From Octopus sinensis (taxonomy: Eukaryota), in contig NC_043012.1 in NCBI RefSeq assembly GCF_006345805.1, positions 15,686,001 to 15,750,000 of the forward strand: a DNA stretch of 64,000 nucleotides, in the 5' to 3' direction. Below, piece by piece: positions 13,039 through 24,527 of this stretch. Under the pieces are notes generated by a model. It searched no databases. It was given only the letters and a program-made list of their open reading frames with translations, and had not been told where the DNA came from. Both the position numbers and the translations under genes were made by a program. Numbering within the stretch: position 1 is the first letter of the stretch; every line of letters begins with the position of its first letter.

Positions 13039-13217
13039 TTAAATTCTGTTAATGTCAACATATTGTTTGTAGTCTTAAGTATATTTATGAGTCCCTCACT
13101 GTGGTTTGGCACATGTTGCCTTACCCTTGTGTAATAGGGACTTGCAAGATCCTTCAGTTCAGGTTGTAGCAACATTTCATGTATTGCTGCAGTGTAAATA
13201 TCATGTGTGATGAAGTA

Positions 13218-13422
13218 TGAGTGGGTGCTGAAAAGTTCTTGGCTTTAAAGACATGATTGGAGGCCCAACCTTCTGAGTTCTTCTACAAGGCTTAGAAAAA
13301 ACTGAAGGACTGTGGCAGTAAGTGTGTGTATTTGAGAGGGGAATATGTTTAATAAAATCATGATTAACTGATCATCCTGTATTTTCTTTTACCCAAAGCC
13401 AGCAAATTTTCAGCACCCCTCA
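13218..13422. mobile_element. 205-bp Tc1/mariner-type MITE
   Basis: About 28-bp TIRs tgagtgggtgctgaaaagttcttggcttt / aaagccagcaaattttcagcacccctca with TA duplication; same family as 61348-61560. Confidence 0.85.
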
Positions 13423-13566
13423 TATTTTACAAACTTTTAAGATGTTGGTGTTATATTATGTTTAGCTTTTTCAGTAATGGCTATATGGGGACCATAGCAT
13501 CAAGCACGGCTCACTTTGACTGTTGCTGTGTTAGAACAAATTGAACACACACAGATCACCCCTTCC

Positions 13567-13610
<44 letters not shown>

Positions 13611-13956
13611 TCTATAATTATATGCATAATTATAATTAGGGATCAGCAAAATTAGCTTCACCACAAACTGAAATTTAGAAATAGCAGTTAAATACTATTC
13701 TACTACCATAAGATATCTCTGTCTGAGAGATTTTTGTTCCTAACCCTGAAAGGATGAAAGGCAAAGTCGATCTTGGCAGAATTTGAACTCAGAACGTAAA
13801 GATTGACAAAATGCCACTAAGCATTTTGCCCAACGTTCTGCAGGACTAATATTAATTATTGTACATCAGTCAGTATTTAAATTCACTGTTCTTTCTTTTA
13901 TTTATTCTTAAATATCATCTTCTAATGTTATTCTTTTGTGACTTATTTCATTTCAG

Positions 13957-14055
13957 TGGTTAATGATGAAAAAACAATCTGCAAGTTTTACAGAGAAGGT
14001 CAAAAATGTAAACTTGGATCAAAATGTCCATATAAACACATAAGAGTACCAGATG
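13957..14055 (+). CDS. CCCH/Tudor protein exon A (CCCH zinc finger)
   Basis: tttcag| ... |gtatgt, phase 1-1. Peptide VNDEKTICKFYREGQKCKLGSKCPYKHIRVPD contains C-x8-C-x5-C-x3-H. Confidence 0.9.
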
Positions 14056-14593
14056 GTATGTTTTTACTTACATTATTAGTGTAAGCAGCACAAAGAATAG
14101 ATAAATGCAAATCTTCAATTTTACTACATATATTATGCTGTGCTACTAGGCAATACATTTAATTTTCCCAGTATGTCTAAAAAAAGTCTTTAAGCACTTG
14201 GTATCTTCTAGTTATTCTATATATATCTGAGCCTTTTTAACTTTTTGCACACTACATTTTCTTTAGAATTGTTTCCCCTAGTACTGCTCTGTTACTATAG
14301 GGGAAAAAACTCACACAGTGATATGATGCACTTACAGTGTGCTAAAGGTTAATTGTGGGCTTATTATGAACTCTTTGTGAAGGAACTGGGATTTAGTTTT
14401 TAAAGTTGATGTTTTTGTACTTTTAGGAAGTGAAATTTATCCTTTATACTAACATTTAACTCTGAAATTTCTGTCTCTAAGAATAAAAATCTGATATCAT
14501 CTTTACAAAGCAATTAATGTAATTAGCTGTTAACTCTTTTATCAAGAAGATACTCTACAGAAGTCAGCAGTTATTATGCATAGCTAATCTAAC

Positions 14594-14753
14594 AGGCATG
14601 ACTTTGTAGTAAGAAGCTTGCTTCCTAACCACATGGTTCTGGGTTCAGTCCCACTGCATGGCACCTTGGGAAAGTGACTTTTACTATAACCTTGGGTTAA
14701 CTAAAGCCTTATGAGTGGATTTGGTAGACAGAACCTGAAAGTAGCTCATTGTA

Positions 14754-14824
<71 letters not shown>

Positions 14825-15020
14825 TATCACCACTGGACAACTGGTGTTGGTATATTTTCATCCCTGTAACTAAGCAGTTCAGCAAAAGAAACTGATAGAA
14901 TAAGTGTCAGTCTTAAAAGAAACAAAATTACATAAGTACTACTATCAGTCCGTTTGACTAAAAATTCTTCAAGGATTGTGCCCCAGCATGGCTGCAGTCC
15001 AATGATTGAAACAGATAAAA
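14594..15020 (+). mobile_element. SINE family A with expanded (TG)n
   Basis: Family A head, core and tail; (TG)n at 14761-14822. Confidence 0.85.
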
Positions 15021-15136
15021 TATAACTCATAATAATGACATTGGTATTTTTTAGATTATAATTTACAATGCTTTCCACAAAGTGTCCCTTAGAACTAGAG
15101 ACAAGCTCCAGTCGTAAACCAGTATTTTTTTTTTTG

Positions 15137-15434
15137 TTCCTTCTCAAGCCATGCCTGGCTCATAAGGGCCGGTTTCCCAGTTTCCTTGGCGTATAGCTTC
15201 CCCACCTGGATGGGACGCCGGTCCATCGCAGGTGAGCTGCAAGATGCAGGAGGAAAGAGTGAGAGAAAGTTGTGGCGAAAGAGTCAGCAGAAGTTCGCCA
15301 TTACCTTCTGCCGGAGCCGCATGGAGCTTAGGTGTTTCACTCATAAACACACACATTGCCCGGTCTGAGATTCGAACCCGCGATCCCTCGACTGCGAGTC
15401 CGCTGCTCTAACCACTAGGCCATGTGCCTCCACA
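15137..15434 (-). mobile_element. SINE family D (tRNA head ggaggcacatggcctagtggttagagcagcggactcgc)
   Basis: Full-length reverse copy with B box ggttcgaatc. Confidence 0.88.
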
Positions 15435-15590
15435 AAACCAGTATATCTACAATCTATTAAAACAGTTTACGACAATAAAAAAAAAAGTTTTTACTGTAAG
15501 CATACTTACCATCATGTGTTGCCTCTCTTTTTGGTTTTCATTATTTTTACCCAGTATATTTTGCCATTTTCTATATTTAATTTTCTTCAG

Positions 15591-15770
15591 ATTGCCTCAC
15601 AGTTGACAGAAGAGAAGTTGTTTGCAAAGATGATAGTTGTTCTGAATTTGAACTACCATTGGTTGGTTCTCTAGTTGGGGTAGAAGTTAGCGCTATCATA
15701 AATCCTGCTCACTTTTATTTGATTTTACCTTGGGGCAAGGATGCTATCAAAGACCTGCATGACATGCCAG
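15591..15770 (+). CDS. CCCH/Tudor protein exon B (start of extended Tudor)
   Basis: ttcttcag| ... |gtaaga, phase 1-1. DCLTVDRREVVCKDDSCSEFELPLVGSLVGVEVSAIINPAHFYLILPWGKDAIKDLHDMP; VEVSAIINPAHFY is the typical eTudor N-terminal strand. Confidence 0.9.
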
Positions 15771-16069
15771 GTAAGAGTACACGCATATTAGTTTTGGAGC
15801 TGCTATTACTATTTTATGCATCACTCACTTTTAATTATACATGCATTTAATCATTCATATATACGTTTAAGTACATGTATAGGAGCACATTTACCTAGAC
15901 ATACTTAAATACTTTTAACTACACAAACAGAAACACGTTCAGCTACATATTCATACAAAAACAGACAATGACAAGTCCCTTAAACCCCTGGAGGCTGTTG
16001 GGGTGCTGCAGCCATGCAGTGCATCTTGGGTGAGAAAGCCTGGTGGAGCCCATCCCTCACCAGGCTAAA

Positions 16070-16662
16070 CTCATTTCTACAATTGAGTGGACTAGAGCAA
16101 CATGTGTTTTGCTCAAAAACACTATGGATCGCCTGGTCCAAAGATCAAAACCACAATCTTACAGTCATGAATCCAACACCCTAACCACTAAGTGACATAC
16201 CTCCACTAGTGGTACCCATTTCTACAGCTGAGTGGACTGGAGCAATGTGAAATGAAGTGTCTTGCTCAAGAACACAATGCATTGCCTGGTCCAGGAATCA
16301 AAACCACAATCTTACAGTCATGAATCCAACACCCTAACCACTAAGTGACATGCCTCCACTAGTGGTACCCATTTCTACAGCTGAGTGGACTGGAGCAACG
16401 TGAAATGAAGTGTCTTGCTCAAGAACACAATGCATTGCCTGGTCCAGGAATCAAAACCACAATCTTACAGTCATGAATCCAACACCCTAACCACTAAGTG
16501 ACATGCCTCCACTAGTGGTACCCATTTCTACAGCTGAGTGGACTGGAGCAACGTGAAATGAAGTGTCTTGCTCAAGAACACAATGCATTGCCTGGTCCAG
16601 GAATCAAAACCACAATCTTACGATTGTAAATCCAACTCCCTAAGCACTAAGCACATGCCTCC
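16070..16662 (-). repeat. About 4 tandem copies of a 153-bp unit made from the SINE family C head
   Basis: ccacaatctta recurs at 16151, 16304, 16457 and 16610; the middle units are nearly identical. Confidence 0.92.
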
Positions 16663-16924
16663 ACAGAGGCCTTTGCAGATACATACACATATACATACAC
16701 ATAGAAAACAACATATGTTCACCCATATATACTCATAGCTTAACACATTTAGATACACACAAATATATGTAGAGAAACACTGTTAACTTGACTGACATGC
16801 ACATCTTATTACTTAATTGATTATTTCGCAGTGACACACTTCTTTGCTTATATTGTGATTTTGAGAATGCTTTTTTTCTATTTATTTTTGCTCTGAATTT
16901 TATAATTTTCTTTTTGTCCAATAG

Positions 16925-16973
16925 ATTACGAAACCAAGGAGGAAACTTTAGCAGACTTGCAGAAAGATTTACA
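16925..16973 (+). CDS. CCCH/Tudor protein exon C
   Basis: atag| ... |gtatga, phase 1-2. DYETKEETLADLQKDLQ, the eTudor helix; joins B to D in frame. Confidence 0.8.
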
Positions 16974-17199
16974 GTATGAATTTTTTTCCTTCTTCTTTTA
17001 TCTTTTTTTTTTTGAGTTCTTCATATTTTTTCTTACAATGGTTTTAGGATATATTTCATAATGTTAATTGTTGTAGATTGTGGTGTTGCCATGCAAGAGG
17101 AAATGTCTTTCAAACAATGCTTTCCTTATTAACTATAAGATAGAGAAACTAGTTCAAGAAGAGATATGTCTTTCTCAGAAGCTTATTACAATCTGCTAG

Positions 17200-17641
17200 T
17201 GGGGCGCTAAGAGTACCATACGAGCGAGATCGTTACCAGAGCAACAAGCTGGCCTTTGTGCCGATGGCACCTTAAACACACCATTCGAGTGAGATCGTTA
17301 CCTGCATCGCCTTACTAGCACTTGTGCTGGTGGTACGTGAAAAAAAACATTCGAGCAAGGTTGTTGTCAGTGCCGCTGGACTGGCTCCTGTGCAGGTGGC
17401 ACATAAAAAGCACCATTTGATCGTGGCTGTTGCCGGTACCACACAACTGGCTCTCATGCCGGTGGCATGTAAAAGCACCCACTACACTCTTGGAGTGGTT
17501 GGCATTAGGAAGGGCATCAAGCTGTAGAAACTCTTCCAGATCAGATTGGAGTCCGGTGCAACCATCTGGTTCACCTGACCTCAGTCAAGTATTCCAACCC
17601 ATGCTAGCATGGAAAGCAAACATTAAACGATGATGATGATG
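17200..17641 (+). mobile_element. SINE family B with about 5 subrepeats
   Basis: Family B core and (GAT)n tail, in intron C-D of the Tudor gene. Confidence 0.88.
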
Positions 17642-18138
17642 TGTGTGTATCCTTGTCTTGACATCATGGGATGGTTGTAACTGAGCATCATCGTCATACA
17701 AGTAATATTGTTCAATTCCAGTCTTCCATGAAAAACGAAAAACTTGCCTGGCCAAGAGTTGGATATAAGCTCTATATTGCAGAAAAGAGCACAATTCATA
17801 GAAACTTGCAAAAGATTGGATTGCATTTTAATGCTAAAACAGAGATCTTGAACTCCTGCATACACAACACATAATTCATACTTAGACAATGGACACCTAT
17901 TCAGCCCACAGCCCCCTTTCATCCAAGGAAAAATTTTGCATGGATACAGATGGAGCAGTCGTTGAAAATTTTCATTAAAGTTTTGATGAAAGATTTATAA
18001 ATCTATTTGTTTTGGTATCATAATTAAATTATAAACATAACATTTTATCAGTTTGTTTTTAAATTTGCTCTGTTTCATTGAAATAGATAGTCAATTCTGG
18101 GACACCCTACATTTCTCTTTATATCTGTATATATTTGG

Positions 18139-18347
18139 TGATATTTCTCTGTATAAACCCATGTCTCTGACATAATACTTTTCTATGTAAACTTGTGTAT
18201 CTTAGGTAATACTCCTCTATATAAACCTGTGTCTGTCATAATTAATATTTCACTATATAAAACTGTTTAAGTATCTTATGTAATATTTCTCAGTATAAAC
18301 CTGTATATCTTATGTAATATTTTTCTATATTTGTTGTCCTCTTACAG
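18139..18347 (+). repeat. Degenerate minisatellite, about 34 bp x 6
   Basis: Units resemble taatatttctctatataaacctgtgtatcttatg; the last unit runs into the exon D acceptor. Confidence 0.75.
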
Positions 18348-18492
18348 AGACTTCTATAAGTTGTCTTTTCCCAAAACTGAAGAGAATCTGTTTTGGGGAA
18401 TTGGTGAATTAGTTGCAGCCCGGGCTGTCGTTGATCAAGACTGGTACAGAGCACGCATCTGTGAAGTAAATGATGTTATAAATGAGGTCAAG
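18348..18492 (+). CDS. CCCH/Tudor protein exon D (Tudor core)
   Basis: cttacag| ... |gtaaga, phase 2-0. DFYKLSFPKTEENLFWGIGELVAARAVVDQDWYRARICEVNDVINEVK carries the WYRA Tudor motif. Confidence 0.92.
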
Positions 18493-19804
18493 GTAAGAGT
18501 TTCGGTCTTCTAAATACTTTACAACTCCTTCTTTTCTGGATATACTTTCATGTTTTCTATGCAGCTTCTTTCTTTTTTTTTGGTGGTGGTGGGGGGATTA
18601 AGAATGCTATCTTGGCTGCGAGATTAAGTTGTTGGGCTATTACTTTCAGTGCCTTGAGTTCAGATTCTATTACAGCTGTTGGCTTGTTTATATTTACAAG
18701 AAAAGCAAACTGCTTTCCTGACCTCACAAACTGGAAATATAAGTTAAACACCCAAAATATAAGAAAAAAGTATGTACTAGTTCCTCATACATGATTTGAC
18801 AGCTTTGTCAGGCAGCAAGTCAACAAATACACTGGCTGACAGGAACCACCCCTTGTGCAATTTGAGGGAACTTGATGATGATACCAGTTCCTAAAACAAA
18901 TACAAGATATAACAGTTTATACACTCAAGATTTCAGACTGGTCTTTGTAAGGAAACAAAATGGGGAAGTTTATTTATTTTAGATATTCAAAGTATCAAAG
19001 AAAGTATTTTGTAAACATAACCAGAAAGCTTTTGCAAAATGTCTTTAATTAGCAATAGTTAGTAATTATGTCTTCTATAATGCCTACACTGAAAGAAGTA
19101 TATCTTTTATAGTTAGTCCTAGTAGCATTTCCTACCACCTAGTTAATAAGCATTATACTGTGGTCACCCCCAGGACAGACTCTAAATAACCAGGGCAGAA
19201 AGGAATTTTAACTACTCCAATTATAAATACATTTATTTGAAAGATATTCCTGGGTCATAATCTGATGGCAATAATTCCCCAAATCATACATTATTTTCAT
19301 GGTGTAAAATAATATGGAAAAGGTTGCAAGATGCAACAAAAATTTTAGGAAAATAAAAGTAAGAAATAAGTGGAAATTTTACCGGTGAGTGTGTTACATT
19401 ATAAGGCACAAAAAGAAAATGACTCTCCCCAGACACAACAGAATATGCTTCAACACACGAACTCATATAAAGAATCTTGCAAACCAAATCCCAAAACAAA
19501 ATATGGAAATATATCCTCCATAAAACATCTGCTAAAATTATGAACTTACTTTAAAGTATACATCTGAGGAAGTTATTTTGAGATTGGGGAAGAATTGCAT
19601 ATTCTTCCAGGGTATTTACTTGGGTATATTTTCTGCTCATGTGAAATATCTAAGTTTGCTTAGGTATCAATTGTTAAATCTGCTGCTACTGGGATTTTTC
19701 TGCTTCCAAGTAACTCAGTTTACTTCAAAAAATTTCATCTACCTGGTCCTTGCGAAGTGACTGAAATTAAAGCCAAGCATTGTCTCTAACAACAGCTTAA
19801 CTCT

Positions 19805-20139
19805 CATCATCATCATCAGTTAACGTCCACTTTCCATGGGTTCAACGATTTGACTGAGGTTTGGCGAACCAGATGGCTGCACCAGACTCCAATCTGATCT
19901 GGCAGAGTTTCTACAGCTTGATGCCCTTCCTAATGCCAACCACACCGAGAGTGTAGTGGATGCTTTTACATGCCACCGGCATGAGGGCCAGTTAGGTGAT
20001 GCTGGCAAAGGCCACGCTCAAATGGTGTTTTTTTATGTGCCACCTGCACCTGCCAGTCCAGTGACACTGGCAACGACCTTGCTCGAATGTTTGTTTTTTT
20101 TTTTCACGTACCACCAGCACAAGTGCTAGTAAAGCGATG
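19805..20139 (-). mobile_element. SINE family B (reverse)
   Basis: In intron D-E; inverted relative to 17305-17641. Confidence 0.88.
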
Positions 20140-20590
20140 TTTATAATCTTACTACACAGTTGGTATAATATTAACTATCAGATCTAAATGATGAGAATAA
20201 TGAGAACGATGATGACAAAGATAATGATATCCACTGTTGACGTGTAATCCACTGTCGAATTACATGTCTACATTGCTAGAGCATTGTGGCTAAAACTCTA
20301 GATTAGGAAAAAATGTTTGATATCAGAATGTTTGCACTCACAATTTACATAGCATATTTTGTGGCAGATAAGTTAACCTAGTTAATAGTGTAAGCATTCA
20401 GACATCATTAATACTTTTCCAAACTCTGCTTCAGTCCACATAGTATTTTTGGTTCTCCAAAGACATCTAATTGTATAAGATAATGTACCTGTTTTTTTTT
20501 TTTAGCTGTAAATTTTGGTCTAAAAGTTTCAACTTACGTGTCAGAAAATATAGCATAAAGTAAGCAGAACTGTAGAACCTTCCGACCTAT

Positions 20591-20810
20591 CATCATCATC
20601 ATCATCGTTTAACGTCCGTTTTCCGCGCTAGCCCGGGTTGGACGGTTTGACCGGGGTCTGGGAAGCCAGGGGCCGCTCCAGGCTCCAGTCTGATCTGGCA
20701 GAGTTTCTACGGCTGGATGCCCTTCCTAACGCCAACCACTCCGCGAGTGGAGTGAGTGCTTTTTACGTGCCACCTGCACATTTGCCGGGGGGTCCGGCAT
20801 CGGTCACGAT
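20591..20810 (-). mobile_element. SINE family B (reverse, CpG-rich)
   Basis: catcatcatcgtttaacgtccgttttccgcgctagcccggg... Confidence 0.85.
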
Positions 20811-20993
20811 CTGTTCGAGCTTTTCTAGAGTTGAGTTGGGTGGGAGGGCCAGCTGAGAAAGGTTCCACCAGTGAAAAGAGTGGGAGAGATAGTAGGGGGG
20901 GTGCAGGTAATATAGGGAAGCACCAGTGGGGAGGAATTTACAAGAATGAAAATTTTTCTCACCAAGTCATGCATTGTCTTTTGCTCTCTGCAG

Positions 20994-21151
20994 GTATTCT
21001 TCATTGATTTTGGAAATGTTCAGTGGATTCCAGAGAGTAACATACAGTCACTGGCCTCTCAGTTTACACATCTTCCACACCAGTCTGTGGAATGTTGTCT
21101 TAATGGAATAGTTTCAGCCTCTGATAGTGGTTTATGGACCCAAGAAGCCAA
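20994..21151 (+). CDS. CCCH/Tudor protein exon E (Tudor core)
   Basis: ctctgcag| ... |gtaagc, phase 0-2. VFFIDFGNVQWIPESNIQSLASQFTHLPHQSVECCLNGIVSASDSGLWTQEAK has the DFGN and LP.Q..EC.L motifs. Confidence 0.93.
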
Positions 21152-21524
21152 GTAAGCACCAATGGGATTTCAGTTTCTTGTTTTATTTATTGATGTTTTT
21201 GTTGCTGTATATGATACGCAGTTGTTCTAGGTGTGTCTCATTTACTAGACTGCAACATATGAAAGAAAATATCACCAGAAACTATCGTACACTCTCATAG
21301 AAACCTATCAAATAACTATACATTTCTCTAAACTCTTCACTGTACATATCAGCTCTCTTAATTCTATTCTATTTGTCCTCTTTATAGAGATCTATTATAT
21401 TCTCTACCGCTATCTTTTGAAGATGATAAAAAAACAAATCATTCTTTTATTCTTTTACTTGTTTCAATCATTTGACTGCGGCCATGCTGGAGCACTGCCT
21501 TTACCTATAATTTCCTTGTTTCAG

Positions 21525-21581
21525 GGATTATTTTCTGGAATTGGTTGATGATAAAGTATTAGTTGCCTCCATAAAAGCCAT
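21525..21581 (+). CDS. CCCH/Tudor protein exon F
   Basis: gtttcag| ... |gtaagc, phase 2-2. DYFLELVDDKVLVASIKAI. Confidence 0.88.
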
Positions 21582-22068
21582 GTAAGCAAATATTTCATTT
21601 ACAATATTTTGTGTTTGTAACGTTTATTTATAACAGTCCTGAAAAAAATGCTATTACCATTTTTATCTTGTTGCGACTCATTTTTTTAATATCATTTATA
21701 TTATTTCTTATTAGGCAAAGATGTGTGGTTAAGAAGCTTGCATTACAGGCATGTGCTTTGTGGTTCAGTCCTTCTGTGTGGCACCTTGAGCAACTATCTT
21801 CTACTTTAGCTCTGGACTGACCGATGCCTTGTGAACAAATTTGTTAGATGGAAACTGTGTAGAAGCCCATTGTGTGTGTATCTACGTTTATATGTGTCTG
21901 TGCATGTATATGTTTGTGTGTGTTTGTGTTTGTTTGTTAATCACTATAGTATATTCCACATGGCAGATCCGATTCCCATTCTTGAATGAACTGATTGATA
22001 CCTGTGGAATATACTACAGTGATTAACAACCTTAACTCTACTATGTCAGATAATTCAGTTTAACAACA

Positions 22069-22243
22069 AAGGGATTAAGTCAATTACACTAACTCCTGTG
22101 TGTAACTGGTACATATTTAATCGACTCCGAAAGGATGAAAGGCAAAGTCAACCTCGACAGAGTTTGGACTCAGAATGTAACGGCAGATGAAATATCGCTA
22201 AGCATTTTGCCTGGCGTGCTAACGTTTCTGTCAGCTCGCTGCC
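22069..22243 (-). mobile_element. SINE family E (reverse)
   Basis: Family E core. Confidence 0.85.
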
Positions 22244-22544
22244 CTTATAACTCTGGATATTGATGTTTGGTGTGAAATACATAAAAGTAACAGGAGAGCT
22301 ATTTTGACAGAAGCAACCCAGCTATGGTAATGTGGTAAAATGGGAAACAAAAGAAAATTTATTAAATTTTAATTTTTCTCAGTGAGGAAGACCTCTAAGA
22401 AGAGTGGTTTGTGTGGAAGTTTAGATTATCTTATCTGCTTAACACTGGATATATTTGTCTATTTATTGAGATACTATTTTAAAAGTTATTGTCATTCTTT
22501 TAATTGATAAGAGGTCGATTTTGTAAGTTACTGCAAATCATGAA

Positions 22545-22700
22545 TGAATGCAAGTTATTCATCCATCCATCCATTTTTGCCACCCGCTGTTCTGGGAGGG
22601 TTGTTCGGGGGAGAATCCTCAAGGATTTCCTCCACTGAATCCTATCAGAAGCTGCCATCATTACACTTTCTGGCTGAATTCCCAAGCATGACCAACTGAG
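22545..22700 (-). mobile_element. RTE LINE 3' end
   Basis: GIQPESVMMAASDRIQWRK..., ending in a (GATG)n tail. Confidence 0.65.
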
Positions 22701-22849
22701 ACCATCTCATTCATAATTAACCCCTATGACTCCTACCTGTTGACTCAACTTGAAAAACTCATTTTATGATTCTTTTCTCTAACATTCTAATCACAAGTCC
22801 ATAGTATGCATCAACCTGTGTGTAGCCTCCCACTTCATAGCCATCCATC

Positions 22850-23090
22850 TGATGTGCTGGTACGGACATGTCCTCCATCTCCTTCTATATCATCCTACCA
22901 GGGCTTTACTCTCATTTAATGCAGCAGCTGCAGGCTCAGGCTCCCACACCAGATGGCTGGATGTGATTGAGGAAGATCCCCAGTGGCTCAGTATCACCTT
23001 GGAGGATACAAAGGGGCTGGTACAGGACTGCCAACAATGGAGAGCAATATGGGACCTGGTTGGCTCTACACGTGATGATGCCTCTTGAAC
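22850..23090 (+). mobile_element. RTE LINE 3' fragment
   Basis: WYGHVL..HPTRALL..TRWLDVIEED..LVQDCQQWRAI is the RTE C-terminal pattern. Confidence 0.75.
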
Positions 23091-23775
23091 CACTAACTTG
23101 GAATCACCCCAGACCCATCAAGCAAGAGCATGAAGCCAAGCTAAGCCATAATACTAGAACTGCAATCTCTCAATATGGAGAAGTAATGATTCAGTTTGGG
23201 GATACTCCCTGGTCTCCAAGCTATACACCCTGTTGAGTAACATTACTCCAAAGATACTTCAGAGGAACCCTATTTTTGTATGTGCAGTCAAACTTTTTCA
23301 GTCATTACCCACTATATGTACTGTTGAGTCCAAACCATTTATTTGTAGTTAAAGATAAGACAATATTTATCTCTACTTGCCGACTTGAAAATAAATGCTG
23401 TTTTCATTATTGTCATAAAGAACATCCAGTTATGCAGATGCTTAGTCCAACAACCCATAAACAAATATTTAAAGTTTCTAAAATATCCTGTTAGAGACAG
23501 CATGAAAAATGCATGTAAACCAATAAATAAAAATAACTGTTGAATGCTTCACTTTTTAGCACTGGTAGATAAAGTGAATGCTGGAATTTTGTAGTTCCGA
23601 TCTTACCTAACTTGACATAACCTGAACCTCTCTTAGTGAAAAGTGAGTAATGGGCTGTGGAAACTAGAAGATTCACATGAATAAGTTTATGTTAATAAAA
23701 AGTAACTGAATGGTTGAAATAGCAATTTGGTGGAGCTCCAACTTATGTAATCTTTAGTTAACAAAATTACTGATA

Positions 23776-24135
23776 GGCGCAGGAGTGGCTGTGTGGTAAG
23801 TAGCTTGCTAACCAACCACACGGTTGCGGGTTCAGTCCCACTGCGTGGCATCTTGGGCAAGTGTCTTCTGCTATAGCCCCGGGCCAACCAATGCCTTGTG
23901 AGTGGATTTGGTAGACGGAAACTGAAAGAAGCCTGTCGTATATATGTATATATATGTATATGTGCGTGTGTGTCTGTGTTTGTCCCCCTAGCATTGTTTA
24001 ACAACCGATGCTGGTGTGTTTAGGTCCCCGTCACTTAGCGGTTCGGCAAAAAGAGACCGATAGAATAAGTACTAAAGGTGGTGCTCCAGCATGGCCGCAG
24101 TCAAATGACTGAAACAAGTAAAACAGTAAAACAGT
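23776..24135 (+). mobile_element. SINE family A
   Basis: Near-consensus ggcgcaggagtggctgtgtggtaagtagcttgc...gactgaaacaagtaaaac. Confidence 0.9.
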
Positions 24136-24358
24136 AATAGTCTAGCATCATATTCCAGAAATGTGTCGCAGATACATAATAATGGAGTGATGAACCATCC
24201 AGATCCAGCCAAGAAGAGGTGAATCATAAATTAAAGGAATTCCAAGTCACTGAATCTACCTTTTAAAATATAACACAATAATAATTCTAGTGTATTTCTT
24301 CCTATATCTCGTTTCTTTGATTTATTTTATATTAATTTTGTCCTTTTCTTTCTTGTAG

Positions 24359-24527
24359 AATGTGCCGGCGCATGTATATTGACCTTTACGACACATATCA
24401 GATACCAGAGAAGAACATTGCTGATGAATTAATTCAAGCTGGAGTTGCAAAGAGGAATCTGTCAGCAGATGGAAATTTATCAACAGCTTCTAATTTAACT
24501 CTGTCCAAGAACTACATACCTGGATAG
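24359..24527 (+). CDS. CCCH/Tudor protein exon G (terminal)
   Basis: ttcttgtag|, phase 2. MCRRMYIDLYDTYQIPEKNIADELIQAGVAKRNLSADGNLSTASNLTLSKNYIPG*; the NIADELIQAGVA helix ends the eTudor fold. Confidence 0.9.

Noticed and set aside
16070-16662. Regularly spaced repeat as a CRISPR array
   Set aside because: Whole 153-bp units repeat without unique spacers, the unit is a SINE head, and the context is eukaryotic.
13957-24527. Naming the gene TDRKH, TDRD12 or krimp
   Set aside because: No KH, helicase or CS domain is visible, and orthology cannot be established without the N-terminus and a phylogeny.
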